From Cellvibrionales bacterium (GTDB taxonomy: Bacteria; Pseudomonadota; Gammaproteobacteria; Pseudomonadales; GM7GCV1), in the NCBI GenBank assembly GCA_014323765.1, contig JACONM010000036.1, positions 97 to 64,096 on the forward strand: a DNA stretch of 64,000 nucleotides. The letters are read 5' to 3'. The stretch's first letter is position 1; the number at the start of each line of letters is the position of its first letter. The position numbers and the translations under genes were made by a program. Under the pieces are notes generated by a model that searched no databases, was not told where the DNA came from, and saw only the letters and a list, made by a program, of their open reading frames with translations. Shown piece by piece: positions 21,900 through 31,775 of the stretch.

Positions 21900-22567
21900 A
21901 ATCCAATTTTTACTACAGCAATGCCTGCCGGCGCATCGCGACAGGTCTAAAAGATATTCTGAACAGTCAGGAGAATGTTTTGCCACCGTCCGTATCCAAT
22001 AGCCCGCGGGCGGCTGGAGATGCACTGGAAAATTTAGTATCTGGTAGCCTTTGCTCTCTTCTAGGTGATTGGTGCAAGGATTTTTCCAGTGATTTTGCAA
22101 GACGCGCAATGGCTGATCTTTCTTTTATCGATAAAGAGGGTGTTTGTTTTCTGGTTGATGTAAAAACACATCGAGAAAACACCGGTTTCAATATGCCTAA
22201 CCTTACTTCCGTGGAAAGACTCTCAAGGCTTTACGAATCAGATAAAGATATTTTTTCAATAATTATACTTAAATATCGTATCGACAAAAATCATTGTATA
22301 AAAGTTACGGATATTCTGTTCGCTCCCATAGAGTTTTTCGACTGGTCTTGTTTGACTATTGGCGCGCTTGGTTGGGGGCAAATACAAATATCTAATTCAA
22401 ATAATATTCATATAAATCAAGGGTATTCACGTAAAGATTGGATGCTTGAGTTTTGCGATAGAATGGAAGTTTTTTATCCAAAAGAAATAGAAAAAATAGG
22501 CGAACGATTACAGCGTTTTAAGGACGTTCGTACTTATTGGGAAAATAAGAATGACATTTGGAAATAA
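21896..22567 (+). CDS. Putative type II restriction endonuclease (PD-(D/E)xK candidate)
   Basis: ATGA start/stop overlap with the methyltransferase, and the same low-GC composition. Candidate catalytic D...VDVK motif (ADLSF...FLVDVKTH). I recognise no family. Confidence 0.55.
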   Translation: MKSNFYYSNACRRIATGLKDILNSQENVLPPSVSNSPRAAGDALENLVSGSLCSLLGDWCKDFSSDFARRAMADLSFIDKEGVCFLVDVKTHRENTGFNMPNLTSVERLSRLYESDKDIFSIIILKYRIDKNHCIKVTDILFAPIEFFDWSCLTIGALGWGQIQISNSNNIHINQGYSRKDWMLEFCDRMEVFYPKEIEKIGERLQRFKDVRTYWENKNDIWK

Positions 22568-22594
22568 ATGGCTTGTTTAGGGCACGGAAATATT

Positions 22595-23725
22595 ATGCAG
22601 TCTTTTTTTAATTCCCTGCGTAGCTGGCTGGTGGTGCTTGGGTTGGTTTATTTGCTGTTGGTGGCGGTGGCGGTTATTGGGGGGGGGTTTAAGTTGGCGG
22701 CGGGCGGGGCGGCGGCGGAGTTGTTTGGGTTTGCGGGGAACCCTATTGCGGGGGTGGTGGTGGGGATGTTGGCGACTGCGCTTATTCAGTCTTCTAGCAC
22801 GGTGACTTCGATTATTGTCGGGCTGGTGGCGGGCGGGTTGCCGGTGAGTTTGGCGGTGCCTATGGTGATGGGGGCGAATATTGGGACTACGGTTACCAAT
22901 ACCATCGTTAGCCTTGGACATATTCGCCGCGGGGAGGAGTTTCGGCGGGCTTTTGCGGCGGCGACTGTGCATGATTTTTTCAATTTGCTGGCGGTGTTGG
23001 TGTTTTTGCCGTTGGAAATTGCGTTTGATCTGTTGGAGCGGGCCGGGGTGTGGCTTTCGCATTTGCTGGCGGGGGGCGAGTCGGTGTCGGTGGCGGGATT
23101 TAATTTTATGAAAGCTGCGGTGAGTCCGCCGGTGGATTTATTGAAAAGCGTGCTGGGCGGTGTGCCGGAGGGGGGGGCTGGGGTACTTATGATTGCGCTG
23201 GGGGTTGTTTTTATTTTTATCGCCATTGCGGGGATTGGGCGGTTATTACGGGTGCTGATGGTCGGGCGGGCGCGGCGGATTTTGCATACGGCGGTGGGGC
23301 GCGGGCCGCTGGCGGGCATTGCCTCTGGCACTTTGGTTACTGTGCTGGTGCAGTCGTCGTCGACCACCACTAGTTTAATTGTGCCGCTGGCCGGGACCGG
23401 GGTGTTTAGTTTGCGGCAGGTTTATCCTTTTACGCTTGGCGCCAATATCGGGACCTGTATTACGGGGCTGTTGGCGGCGACGGCGATTAGCGGTGATAAC
23501 GCCATTTTTGCGCTGCAAATTGCGTTGATTCATTTGCTTTACAATAGTTTGGCGGTGGGTCTTATTTATAGCCTGCCGGTGTTGCGTGGTTTGCCGTTGG
23601 GGGCGGCGGATTGGTTGGCTGGGTTGGCGGAGCGTAATAAAATGTATGTGGCGGGGTATTTGGCCGGGGTTTTTGTGGGGCTGCCGATCCTGTTGTTGGC
23701 GGGTGGCCGGGTTATTGGTTTTTAA
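22595..23725 (+). CDS. Na/Pi cotransporter family protein
   Basis: Duplicated QSSSTVTS / QSSSTTTS motifs in a polytopic membrane protein. Confidence 0.88.
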   Translation: MQSFFNSLRSWLVVLGLVYLLLVAVAVIGGGFKLAAGGAAAELFGFAGNPIAGVVVGMLATALIQSSSTVTSIIVGLVAGGLPVSLAVPMVMGANIGTTVTNTIVSLGHIRRGEEFRRAFAAATVHDFFNLLAVLVFLPLEIAFDLLERAGVWLSHLLAGGESVSVAGFNFMKAAVSPPVDLLKSVLGGVPEGGAGVLMIALGVVFIFIAIAGIGRLLRVLMVGRARRILHTAVGRGPLAGIASGTLVTVLVQSSSTTTSLIVPLAGTGVFSLRQVYPFTLGANIGTCITGLLAATAISGDNAIFALQIALIHLLYNSLAVGLIYSLPVLRGLPLGAADWLAGLAERNKMYVAGYLAGVFVGLPILLLAGGRVIGF

Positions 23726-24696
23726 TTTGTTGCGCGTTGGCGCTTTTTATTGCGCCGTTCTGTCATGATATTTGCTGCTTCTTCGCCGAGGTGCGATTCG
23801 TTGCGCTGGCGGGCGAGGCGGATTTGTTTGGCGCGTTCGGCGAAGCTGGCTTGCCGGGCGGGGGGGTGGAGACCGTGGCAGTGCGGGCAGCTTATGCCGC
23901 GGCGGTAAAGGGGGTTTTGGCGGTCGTTTTCTGTGAGCGGGTGGCGGCAGGCGTGGCATTGGGTGTGGGTGCCGGGTTCTAGGCGGTGGTTGACGGCGAC
24001 GCGCTCGTCAAAAACGAAGCATTCGCCTTGCCATTTGGATTCTTTTGCGGGGACGCGGGCGAGGTAATTTAATATGCCGCCGCGGAGTTGGTGGACTGTG
24101 GGGAAGCCTTGCTGTTTTAAGTAGGCGGTGGATTTTTCACAGCGGATGCCGCCGGTGCAAAACATGGCGATTTTGCGGTGTTTGCGGGGGTCGAGGTGGG
24201 CGGCGACGAAGGCGGGAAAATCGCGGAAATTTTTGGTGCGCGGGTTGATGGCACCTTTGAAGCTGCCGATGGCGACTTCGTAGTGGTTGCGGGTGTCGAT
24301 GAGGGTGAGGTCGGGGTCGGCTAATAGGGCGTTCCAGTCGGCGGGGTCGATGTGGGTGCCGGTGGCCTGCTGCGGGTCGATATTGGCGATGCCCATGGTG
24401 ACGATTTCGCGGCGGAGCTTGACGCGGGCGCGGTTGAAGGGGGGGGTTTCGCACCAGGCGCGTTGGCAGTCGATGGGGGCGAGACGGGGGTCGGCGTTTA
24501 ATTGGGCGAGGACCTGTTCTAGGTGCTTGGGCGGGCCGGCGAGGGTGCCGTTTATGCCTTCGGGGGCGAGGATTAGGGTGCCGCGGACGTGGTTTTGGCG
24601 CAGCGTGGCGAGTAGCGGGCCGCGCATGGCGGCGGGGTCGGCGAGGGGGGTGAATTTGTAGAGGGCGCAGACTAGGTAGCGCGGGGGGTCGGCCAT
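23722..24696 (-). CDS. trhO: Rhodanese-domain tRNA U34 hydroxylase TrhO (YceA/UPF0176)
   Basis: FCTGGIRCEKS active-site loop and a C-terminal CxxC...CPHC zinc ribbon. Confidence 0.88.
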   Translation of the reverse strand: MADPPRYLVCALYKFTPLADPAAMRGPLLATLRQNHVRGTLILAPEGINGTLAGPPKHLEQVLAQLNADPRLAPIDCQRAWCETPPFNRARVKLRREIVTMGIANIDPQQATGTHIDPADWNALLADPDLTLIDTRNHYEVAIGSFKGAINPRTKNFRDFPAFVAAHLDPRKHRKIAMFCTGGIRCEKSTAYLKQQGFPTVHQLRGGILNYLARVPAKESKWQGECFVFDERVAVNHRLEPGTHTQCHACRHPLTENDRQNPLYRRGISCPHCHGLHPPARQASFAERAKQIRLARQRNESHLGEEAANIMTERRNKKRQRATN

Positions 24697-24754
24697 GGTT
24701 TTGTGGGCGGTTTGGGCGGGGCGGAGACGGGGTATTTTAGCCTGTGCGCCGATG

Positions 24755-25819
24755 CTAGAACGAGTGCTGATAGCCTAGGGTGAAATTTAGGTTCTCGGCC
24801 AGCTGCGGGCCTTGCAGGTCATGCCAGAAGGGGTGGCTGAGTTCGGCGGCTAGGCGGTGGGTGCCCCAGACGATGTTGGTGCCGAGGGCGATGTCGGCTT
24901 GTTTGCCGGCGCGCAAGGAGGGGTTGACCGTGGGGACTGTGTTGGCGTTTGCTGTGACGTTGAATAGCGGTAGCGGCTGGCGGCGATCGCGGTCGCTGTA
25001 GTTGCCCCAGCGTTGCAGCCCTAAGCGGGCGGATAGGCTGAGGTTGGGGCGGAGTGGCCAGGCATGCCAGGCGGTGAGCTGGTAGCGATGGCCTGGGCGG
25101 TAGCCGTTGGAGTTGCTGTCGAGACGGAGGCGGGCACTGGCTTGTGCGCCCCAGGAGCGGGTGGGGTGCATGCGGCGATAGGTTAGGCCGGGTAGCAGGT
25201 CGTGGGTGCCGGAACCGAGTTGCATGGGGAAGGGCAGTTGTGCGGGTGACTCCGGGTTGATTGGCGGCACTGTGTCGGTTTTGTCGATGGAGCCGGTCGG
25301 CAGGCTCAACCCTAGATTTAGCAGCCATTGCGCTCCGCCTTGCTGGTGCAGCCGGTAGGTGCCGCCGATGCGGGTATCGCCTAGACCGCTGGAGCCGGTG
25401 GTGAAGCGCAGCCCGTTGCGGGCTTGGTGGTCCATGGACATGTCCTGATAATTGGCCATCCCCATGAGCGTCAGCCGCTCGGTGGGGGCGTACATCAGGC
25501 CCAGCATGTGCATTTGCATGGTCATTTTCTGCGGCGCGACTAGGTAGTTGCTTTGGGCGGGGTCGAGGATTTGGGCGGGGCTGAGAGGGCGGTTGCCGTC
25601 TAGGTTTTCGTCCATTGCCATGTGCATTGCCCGGTAGGAAAGCATCCATTTGCCTTTGTGGTGTGCGTGGTCGCCCATCAGGCGGATCGGCGCATGCATG
25701 TCGGGGCGGTGGGCGAGTGCGGGCGGGGTTAGGGCTAGGCTGAGTAGCAGGGCGAGCAGCGGGCCGGCGACTGGCAGCGGGCGAGCGGGCCGGATGCTGG
25801 GTGTGGATTTGACGGGCAT
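24755..25819 (-). CDS. Outer-membrane beta-barrel protein (transporter/MetA-pathway-like), Met/His-rich N-terminal part
   Basis: Signal peptide ending ALA, alternating beta-strand pattern, and C-terminal YQHSF. The N-terminal HRPDMHAPIRLMGDHAHHKGKWM...MTMQMHML segment is rich in Met and His. Confidence 0.65.
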   Translation of the reverse strand: MPVKSTPSIRPARPLPVAGPLLALLLSLALTPPALAHRPDMHAPIRLMGDHAHHKGKWMLSYRAMHMAMDENLDGNRPLSPAQILDPAQSNYLVAPQKMTMQMHMLGLMYAPTERLTLMGMANYQDMSMDHQARNGLRFTTGSSGLGDTRIGGTYRLHQQGGAQWLLNLGLSLPTGSIDKTDTVPPINPESPAQLPFPMQLGSGTHDLLPGLTYRRMHPTRSWGAQASARLRLDSNSNGYRPGHRYQLTAWHAWPLRPNLSLSARLGLQRWGNYSDRDRRQPLPLFNVTANANTVPTVNPSLRAGKQADIALGTNIVWGTHRLAAELSHPFWHDLQGPQLAENLNFTLGYQHSF

Positions 25820-25839
25820 GAAGGGAGGTTTTTAGGGGG

Positions 25840-26403
25840 TTATTTTGGGCGCCATTTTATGGAGCAGCCTGCGGCGTGTTTTTGGGTGGTGGGGCCTTTG
25901 CCGGTTTTGGCTATTTGTAGCATGGCTTGGGCCATGTCGCGGGGGGCGTTTGGGGGGGCGGGGGAGTTGGGGCGGGTGGCGTCTATTTGGCCGCGGTATT
26001 GGAGGCCGCCGGGGCCAGCTGCGAAGCCGAAAACGTCGGGGGTGCAGACGGCACCGTAGGCGCGGGCGACTTCTTGGGTTTCGTCGATCAGGTAGGGGAA
26101 GGTGAAGCCGTGGTCGGCGGCGAAGGTGCGCATGTTTTCGAAGGAGTCGGCGGGGTAGGCGGCGGTGTCGTTGGGCATTATGGCGACGAGGCCGACTCCG
26201 GCGGTGGCGAGGCGGCGGGCGTCGGCTTCGAGAGTGGGGGCGACGGCTTTGACGAAGGGGCAGTGGTTGCAGATGAAGAGGACCACGACCCCTTTGGGGC
26301 CTTGGGCTTGCTCGAGGCTCCAGGTGCGGTCGTCGATGCCGCGCAGTTGGAAGTCCGGGGCGGGGCGACCGGGCTCGAGGGGCGGGGTGGTAATCATGGC
26401 CAT
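25840..26403 (-). CDS. Thioredoxin-fold thiol-disulfide oxidoreductase (AhpC/TSA-like)
   Basis: VVLFICNHCPFV CxxC motif. 187 aa. Confidence 0.8.
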   Translation of the reverse strand: MAMITTPPLEPGRPAPDFQLRGIDDRTWSLEQAQGPKGVVVLFICNHCPFVKAVAPTLEADARRLATAGVGLVAIMPNDTAAYPADSFENMRTFAADHGFTFPYLIDETQEVARAYGAVCTPDVFGFAAGPGGLQYRGQIDATRPNSPAPPNAPRDMAQAMLQIAKTGKGPTTQKHAAGCSIKWRPK

Positions 26404-26570
26404 GCGCCCATGGTGGCACTGGTTGGCGTTTGGTGCAAGTGGGGCGGTTAGGTTTTGGGGATCGGTTTGGGGGGGTGGGTGCGGTGGTGACCGGAGATCT
26501 GATGGGCGGGCGGCGGGTTTGACTGCTAGACTGCCGGCTTTGCTTTGCCGTTTTTGCTGCCGTTAGTGCG

Positions 26571-27521
26571 ATGACTGATTCGCCTGTTGATTTGCCTGCC
26601 GATTCTAATCCGCTTGAGGGGGCCGTCCGGCAGGTTGGACGGGTGTTGCTGGGCAAGGCCCATGCGGTGCGCTTGGCGGTTACTTGTTTGGTGGCGCGGG
26701 GGCATTTGTTGATCGAGGATTTGCCGGGGTTGGGGAAAACCACGCTGGCGCAGGCGTTGGCGCAGGTGACGGGATTGGCGTATCGGCGGGTGCAGTTCAC
26801 CAGCGATATGTTGCCGGCGGATTTGACTGGGTTTGCCATGTTTGACAAGGCGGCGGGGCGGTTTGAGTTTCAGCGGGGGCCGCTGTTTTGCCAGTTTTTG
26901 CTGGCCGATGAGATCAATCGGTGTAGCCCGAAGACGCAGTCGGCGTTGTTGGAGGCGATGGAAGAGCGGCAGGTGTCGGTCGATGGGGTCTCGCATGCGT
27001 TGCCGGTGCCGTTTTTTGTGATCGCCACGCAAAATCCGCACAGTTTGGCGGGCACTTTTCCCTTGCCGGAATCGCAGCTCGATCGGTTTTTACTGCGCAT
27101 CTCTCTGGGTTATCCGGATGCGGGGGCGGAACGCGATCTGTTGGCTGGCAGCAACCCGCGGGCGCGGTTGGCGGAGATCGAACCCGCGTTGGATGCGGCG
27201 AGTTTGCTGGCTTTGCAGGCGCGGGCGGAACAGGTTCGCGCCAGTGCTGCGGTGCTCGATTATGTGCAGCGGCTGTTGCGGGCCACTCGCGAGGGCGGCG
27301 ATTTTGTGCATGGCATTTCGCCGCGTGGGGGGTTGGCTCTGTTGCAGGCGGCGCGCGCTTGGGCCTTGCTGGGCGGGCGCGATTATCTGAGCCCGGATGA
27401 TGTGCAGGCGGTGGCGGCACCGGTGTTTAGCCATCGGCTTTGCCACCGTAGTAGCGGGGCGCAGGCGGGCGTGGATGCGTTGCAGCAGTGGGTCGAGTCC
27501 ATCGATGTTTTGGCCGACTAG
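26571..27521 (+). CDS. MoxR-family AAA+ ATPase
   Basis: Walker A GLPGLGKT, Walker B LLADEINR, and FFVIATQNP. Confidence 0.93.
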   Translation: MTDSPVDLPADSNPLEGAVRQVGRVLLGKAHAVRLAVTCLVARGHLLIEDLPGLGKTTLAQALAQVTGLAYRRVQFTSDMLPADLTGFAMFDKAAGRFEFQRGPLFCQFLLADEINRCSPKTQSALLEAMEERQVSVDGVSHALPVPFFVIATQNPHSLAGTFPLPESQLDRFLLRISLGYPDAGAERDLLAGSNPRARLAEIEPALDAASLLALQARAEQVRASAAVLDYVQRLLRATREGGDFVHGISPRGGLALLQAARAWALLGGRDYLSPDDVQAVAAPVFSHRLCHRSSGAQAGVDALQQWVESIDVLAD

Positions 27522-28479
27522 CGCGGCTGCGGGCGGGTCGCCGTGGCGGCGGTGGGCGGGCCGCTGGCTGGACCGCCGCCAGCCGGAAACGGCGCGGGAG
27601 ACGTTGTCGCGCCGCAATCTTTATATTCTGCCGGCCGGTCAATTTGCTGGCTTTGCGACTGTGCTGGGGTTGATGTGGCTGGCGGGCACGAATTATGAAA
27701 ATAATTTGATTTTGGCTTTGGCGTTTTTGCTGTTGGCGGTGTTTGTCAGCGCGATCTTTGCCACCCATGCCAATCTTTCTGGCCTGCGTATTGCGGTGCG
27801 GGGGGGTGAGTCGGCGTTTGCGGGGGAGCCGCTTAGCGTTCATTTGCATCTGGAAAATCCCTCGGCGACCGACCGCTTTGCCTTGGTTTTGAAGTGGGGT
27901 GGGGCGGTGCAGCGGGTGGATGTGGCGGCGGGGGCGACGCTGGCGGTGCAGATGGCATTGCCGACTGAAAAGCGCGGCTGGCTGCGGCCGGGGCGGCTGT
28001 TGATCGAAACTCGCTATCCGCTGGGGCTGTTGCGGGCTTGGAGCTGTCCGCGGCTGCGGGTGCGGGCGTTGGTTTATCCGCGTCCGGTCCCGGCGGAGGC
28101 TGGCGGTGGTGCGCTGGCGGATGGCGGGGCCGGGCAGTCGCCGCAGCGGGGGATGGATGATTTTGCTGGGTTGGATGAATGGCGGCCCGGCACCGCGCCG
28201 CAGCGCATCGCTTGGAAGCCTTATTCGGCCGGGCGGGGGTTGTTGGAGAAAACCTTCGAGGCGCAGAGCATGAACCCGGAGTGGCTGGATTGGCAGCATT
28301 ATCCGGGGTTGGGGGTCGAGGCGCGGTTGAGTGCTTTGTGCGCCAAAATTATCGAGATGCAGGGCCTGGGGCAGTGTTACGGGCTGCGTTTGCCAGGGCG
28401 GGTTTTTGCGCCGGCGCAGGGCGAGGCGCATAGGCACCGGCTGTTGACGGCGTTGGCTACTTTTGGGTTGGAGGACTAA
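27505..28479 (+). CDS. DUF58 domain protein (MoxR partner)
   Basis: Two N-terminal TM helices and a DDFAGLDEWRPG motif. The start is uncertain (ATG 27505 chosen; the ORF opens at 27397). Confidence 0.8.
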   Translation: MFWPTSAAAGGSPWRRWAGRWLDRRQPETARETLSRRNLYILPAGQFAGFATVLGLMWLAGTNYENNLILALAFLLLAVFVSAIFATHANLSGLRIAVRGGESAFAGEPLSVHLHLENPSATDRFALVLKWGGAVQRVDVAAGATLAVQMALPTEKRGWLRPGRLLIETRYPLGLLRAWSCPRLRVRALVYPRPVPAEAGGGALADGGAGQSPQRGMDDFAGLDEWRPGTAPQRIAWKPYSAGRGLLEKTFEAQSMNPEWLDWQHYPGLGVEARLSALCAKIIEMQGLGQCYGLRLPGRVFAPAQGEAHRHRLLTALATFGLED

Positions 28480-28481
28480 CG

Positions 28482-30500
28482 GTGGGGCGGTTGGCGGCGG
28501 GGTTGCCGCTCTCGCGGGTGCAGCAATGTTGGTTGTTGTTGGCGCAGGCGGTGGCGGCGGTGCCGCTGTGGTGGCGGTTACCGTTTTGGGTGACGCTGGT
28601 TTGTTTGGGGGCGCTGGGCTGGCGGGCGTGGATGCTTTGGAGCGGCAGGATGCGGGTGTCGCGCTGGCTGACGGTGGGGCTGCTCGGCGGGCTGTGTTTT
28701 GGCTTGGTGGCGCAGTGGGGCAATCCCGCCCGGTTGGAGCCGATGATCGCCTTGCTGCTGGGGTGCTGCGCTTTTAAGTGTTTGGAGATGCGGCGCATTC
28801 GCGAGGCGCGGACGGTGCTGTTTTTGGGTTATTTCATCGCTGCGGTCGGGCTTATTTTTGAGCAGCGGGTGCTGGATTTTTGCCTGGCGGTGGCGGCGGT
28901 GTTGGTGACGTTGGCGGCGCAAAATATGGCCGAGCGCGACCCTTGGCGGCAGTATTCGCTGCGTGGGTTTTCGCTGGCCCCGCTGCGCTCGGTGGGGCGG
29001 CTGGCGGTGCTTTCCATCCCTCTGACTTTGCTGATTTTTGTGTTTGCGCCGCGTCTGCCGTCTTTCTGGACCATTCCGTTGCCGGATGAGCGGCAGGCGC
29101 AGAGTGGGGTGTCGGACCGCCTGAATCCGGGGTCGATTAGTGCCCTGACCCGCTCTGGCAAGTTGGCGTTTCGCGTCGGCTTTGAAGGGCCGGTGCCGCC
29201 GGCTCGTGAGCTGTATTGGCGGGCTTTGGTGCTGAGCGATTTTGATGGGGCGACTTGGGGGCAGCGTGGAACGGCTATTTTGCAGGACGGGGCACCCATT
29301 CATTGGGCGGGGCCGCGCCGCCCGGCGCCGGATTGGAGGCGGCAAGTTCGCTATCGGGGTGAGCCGCTGCGCTATCGGGTTTATCAAGAGCCGAGCGGCC
29401 AGCATTGGTTGTTTGCGATTGCCGCGCCGGTTAGCGACGAGTTTGGCATCGGTCATACGGCTGGGTTGCGGTTGGTGAGTCGGCAGCCGGTGACGCAGCG
29501 GGTGATGTATCAGGTGCGGAGTTACCCGGATTATCGGCTGGACCCGGTGCGGCTCGGCGCCGCCGCGCGGGCGCGTAATCTTTATTTGCCGGCGGGGTCG
29601 AATCCGCAGACTCGCGCCTTGGCGGCCTCCTGGCGGGCTGAAGGGTTGGGGGCGGCGGCGATCGTTGCGCGGCTGTTTGCGCAATTTGGGCGCGAGTATC
29701 GCTATACGCTGAGCCCGGGCGAGTACGGGCGGCATGCGGTGGATGAATTTTTGTTGGTGGGCAAGCGGGGGTTTTGCGAGCATTTTGCGGCGGCGACGGT
29801 GTTGCTGTTGCGGGCGGCGGGGGTGCCGGCGCGGGTGGTGGTGGGTTATCAGGGCGGCGAGTTGAACCCGGAGGGCAATTATTTGCTGGTGCATCAATAC
29901 GATGCGCATGCTTGGGGCGAATACTGGGAGGATAGGCGCGGCTGGGTGCGGATCGACCCGACGGCGGCGGTGGCTCCGGAGCGCATCGAATACGGGGCGC
30001 GGCCGCTGTTGGTGGATGAGCCGGCGTTTTTGGCGGATGAGTTTTTTTCGTTGAATCAGGTGCGGCATGTGGCGGTGTTGAATTGGTTACGGCTGAATAT
30101 GGACAATTTGAATTATTTGTGGTTGAGCTGGGTTTTGGGCTATGACAGCGGGCGGCAGACGGCGTTTTTTGGGCGGGTGTTTGGGGTGTTTTTTGCTTAT
30201 CCGTGGTTGTGGTTGGTGCTGCTGGGGTCGGGGTTGGTTCTGGTTTTGGCGGTGCTCTGTTGGCGCGGGCCGCGGCGGCGACGGTCGCGGATTGAGCGGT
30301 TATTTTTGCGGTTGCGGCGGGGGCTGGTGCGGCGTGGGTTGGTGGTGCGTCCGGGGCATTCCCCGGCGCGGCTGGCGGTGTTGAGTGAGCGGGCGGGGCT
30401 GGTGCGGGCGGCGGAGATCTGTCGGCTATTTGACCGCCATCTGTACGCGAATCGCGAGTGCGAGCGGCAGATTCGCCGACGGTTGCGGGGCTGGCGATGA
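28482..30500 (+). CDS. Transglutaminase-like membrane protein (TgpA/DUF3488 type)
   Basis: N-terminal multi-TM region. Transglutaminase core GFCEHFAAATVLLLRAAGVPARVVVGY...HAW. Confidence 0.88.
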   Translation: MGRLAAGLPLSRVQQCWLLLAQAVAAVPLWWRLPFWVTLVCLGALGWRAWMLWSGRMRVSRWLTVGLLGGLCFGLVAQWGNPARLEPMIALLLGCCAFKCLEMRRIREARTVLFLGYFIAAVGLIFEQRVLDFCLAVAAVLVTLAAQNMAERDPWRQYSLRGFSLAPLRSVGRLAVLSIPLTLLIFVFAPRLPSFWTIPLPDERQAQSGVSDRLNPGSISALTRSGKLAFRVGFEGPVPPARELYWRALVLSDFDGATWGQRGTAILQDGAPIHWAGPRRPAPDWRRQVRYRGEPLRYRVYQEPSGQHWLFAIAAPVSDEFGIGHTAGLRLVSRQPVTQRVMYQVRSYPDYRLDPVRLGAAARARNLYLPAGSNPQTRALAASWRAEGLGAAAIVARLFAQFGREYRYTLSPGEYGRHAVDEFLLVGKRGFCEHFAAATVLLLRAAGVPARVVVGYQGGELNPEGNYLLVHQYDAHAWGEYWEDRRGWVRIDPTAAVAPERIEYGARPLLVDEPAFLADEFFSLNQVRHVAVLNWLRLNMDNLNYLWLSWVLGYDSGRQTAFFGRVFGVFFAYPWLWLVLLGSGLVLVLAVLCWRGPRRRRSRIERLFLRLRRGLVRRGLVVRPGHSPARLAVLSERAGLVRAAEICRLFDRHLYANRECERQIRRRLRGWR

Positions 30501-31732
30501 ATTCCGTCGCGCTGCGGTTGGGGGTGCGCTATGCCTGCGGCAAGCAGCGCAGCCGGTTTGGTGGGCTGGTGTCCGCCTTTGCGCTGGCTGGGATGGCGGT
30601 GGGCGTGGCGGCGTTGATTATCGTGCTGGCGGTGATGAATGGTTTTGAGCGGGAGATCGCGCAGCGGTTTTTGCGGGTGACGCCGCACTTGAGTCTGTTG
30701 CCCGTTGCGGGCGATTTGGGGGCGACTGGGGCGGCGGATCTGGATTGGGCGGACTATCCGCAAGTGCGCGCTTGGGCCCCTTTTTTGGAAAGTCATGCCC
30801 TGCTGATTGGGGGGCGGGCGCAGGTGCCGGTGCGTTTGCAGGGCATTGAGCCGGCTTTGGATGCGGCGGTGGTGGACCTGCCTGCCACCATGCTTTATGG
30901 GCGACCTGCGGAGTTGCAGCCGGGGCGTTTTGCGCTGTTGCTGGGGGCGCAGTTGGCGCGGCAGTTGGAAGTTGCGCCGGGGGAGTCTTTGCAGCTGGCG
31001 TTGCCGCAGGTGCAGGTGACCCCGGCGGGGATCTATCCGCGGCAGAAAACCGTGACTGTGGCTGGGGTGTTTCAGAGCGGGTCGCAAAAGGATGCGGAGT
31101 TGGCTTTCGTCCACTTTGAGGATGCGCGCACCCTGTTGCGGGCTGGGGCGGCGGATAATGGGTGGCGATTGCGGCTGGATTCGGTCGATTCGGTCGCGGC
31201 GGTGGGGGGGCGGTTGGCGGCGCAGGGTGGCTGGCAGGTGTACGATTGGAGAGCCAATTACGAGTCGCTGTTTCGCGCTATGCGGATGGAAAAGGTTACG
31301 GTGGCGGTGTTGTTGGGGGTCATTATTTTGGTCGCCGCTTTTAATATCGTCAGCGGGCTGGTGATGATTGTGGCCGATAAGCGGGCGGCGATGGCGGTGA
31401 TGTGCGCTTTGGGGGCTGGGCGTGGCACTGTGGTGCGCATTTTTATGATTCAGGGCTTGGTGCTGGGGGTGGCGGGCATTGTTATCGGGGGCGTGGGGGG
31501 GTCGCTGGTGGCGGTGTATTTGCCGGAAATGGTGGCTTTTTTTGAGGCGTTGTTTGGCGGCAATGTGTTCGACCCGCAGGTGTTTTATGTGCGCTCGGTG
31601 CCTGCCGAGTGGCGGTTAGGCGATTTTTTGCGGGTGGTGGGTGCCGCTTTGATGCTGACCTTTTTGGCGACTTTGGGGCCGGCCTGGCAGGCGGCACAGA
31701 TCGTGCCGAGCGAGGCCCTTGATGGCAAATAG
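30497..31732 (+). CDS. lolC: Lipoprotein-releasing ABC transporter permease
   Basis: MacB-like FtsX permease. ATGA overlap with the preceding gene. ...MNGFEREI... motif. Confidence 0.9.
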   Translation: MNSVALRLGVRYACGKQRSRFGGLVSAFALAGMAVGVAALIIVLAVMNGFEREIAQRFLRVTPHLSLLPVAGDLGATGAADLDWADYPQVRAWAPFLESHALLIGGRAQVPVRLQGIEPALDAAVVDLPATMLYGRPAELQPGRFALLLGAQLARQLEVAPGESLQLALPQVQVTPAGIYPRQKTVTVAGVFQSGSQKDAELAFVHFEDARTLLRAGAADNGWRLRLDSVDSVAAVGGRLAAQGGWQVYDWRANYESLFRAMRMEKVTVAVLLGVIILVAAFNIVSGLVMIVADKRAAMAVMCALGAGRGTVVRIFMIQGLVLGVAGIVIGGVGGSLVAVYLPEMVAFFEALFGGNVFDPQVFYVRSVPAEWRLGDFLRVVGAALMLTFLATLGPAWQAAQIVPSEALDGK

Positions 31733-31775
31733 CATGGCAAATGGTGCGGGGCGGGACTGCGCTAGAATCCCGCTT

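Noticed and set aside
25832-26848. 338-aa minus-strand ORF spanning the thioredoxin-like gene and the moxR 5' region
   Set aside because: The Pro/Arg-rich low-complexity translation is typical of a shadow frame in GC-rich DNA. It overlaps well-supported genes in other frames.
28578-30068. 496-aa minus-strand ORF antisense to the transglutaminase gene. Similar long antisense ORFs lie at 27427-28437, 30197-31114, 31482-32465, 32843-33688, 52555-53625, 59222-60160 and 61534-62289.
   Set aside because: All are Arg/Pro/His-rich with no domain-like segments, and all lie opposite genes with clear family signatures. They are GC-driven open frames.
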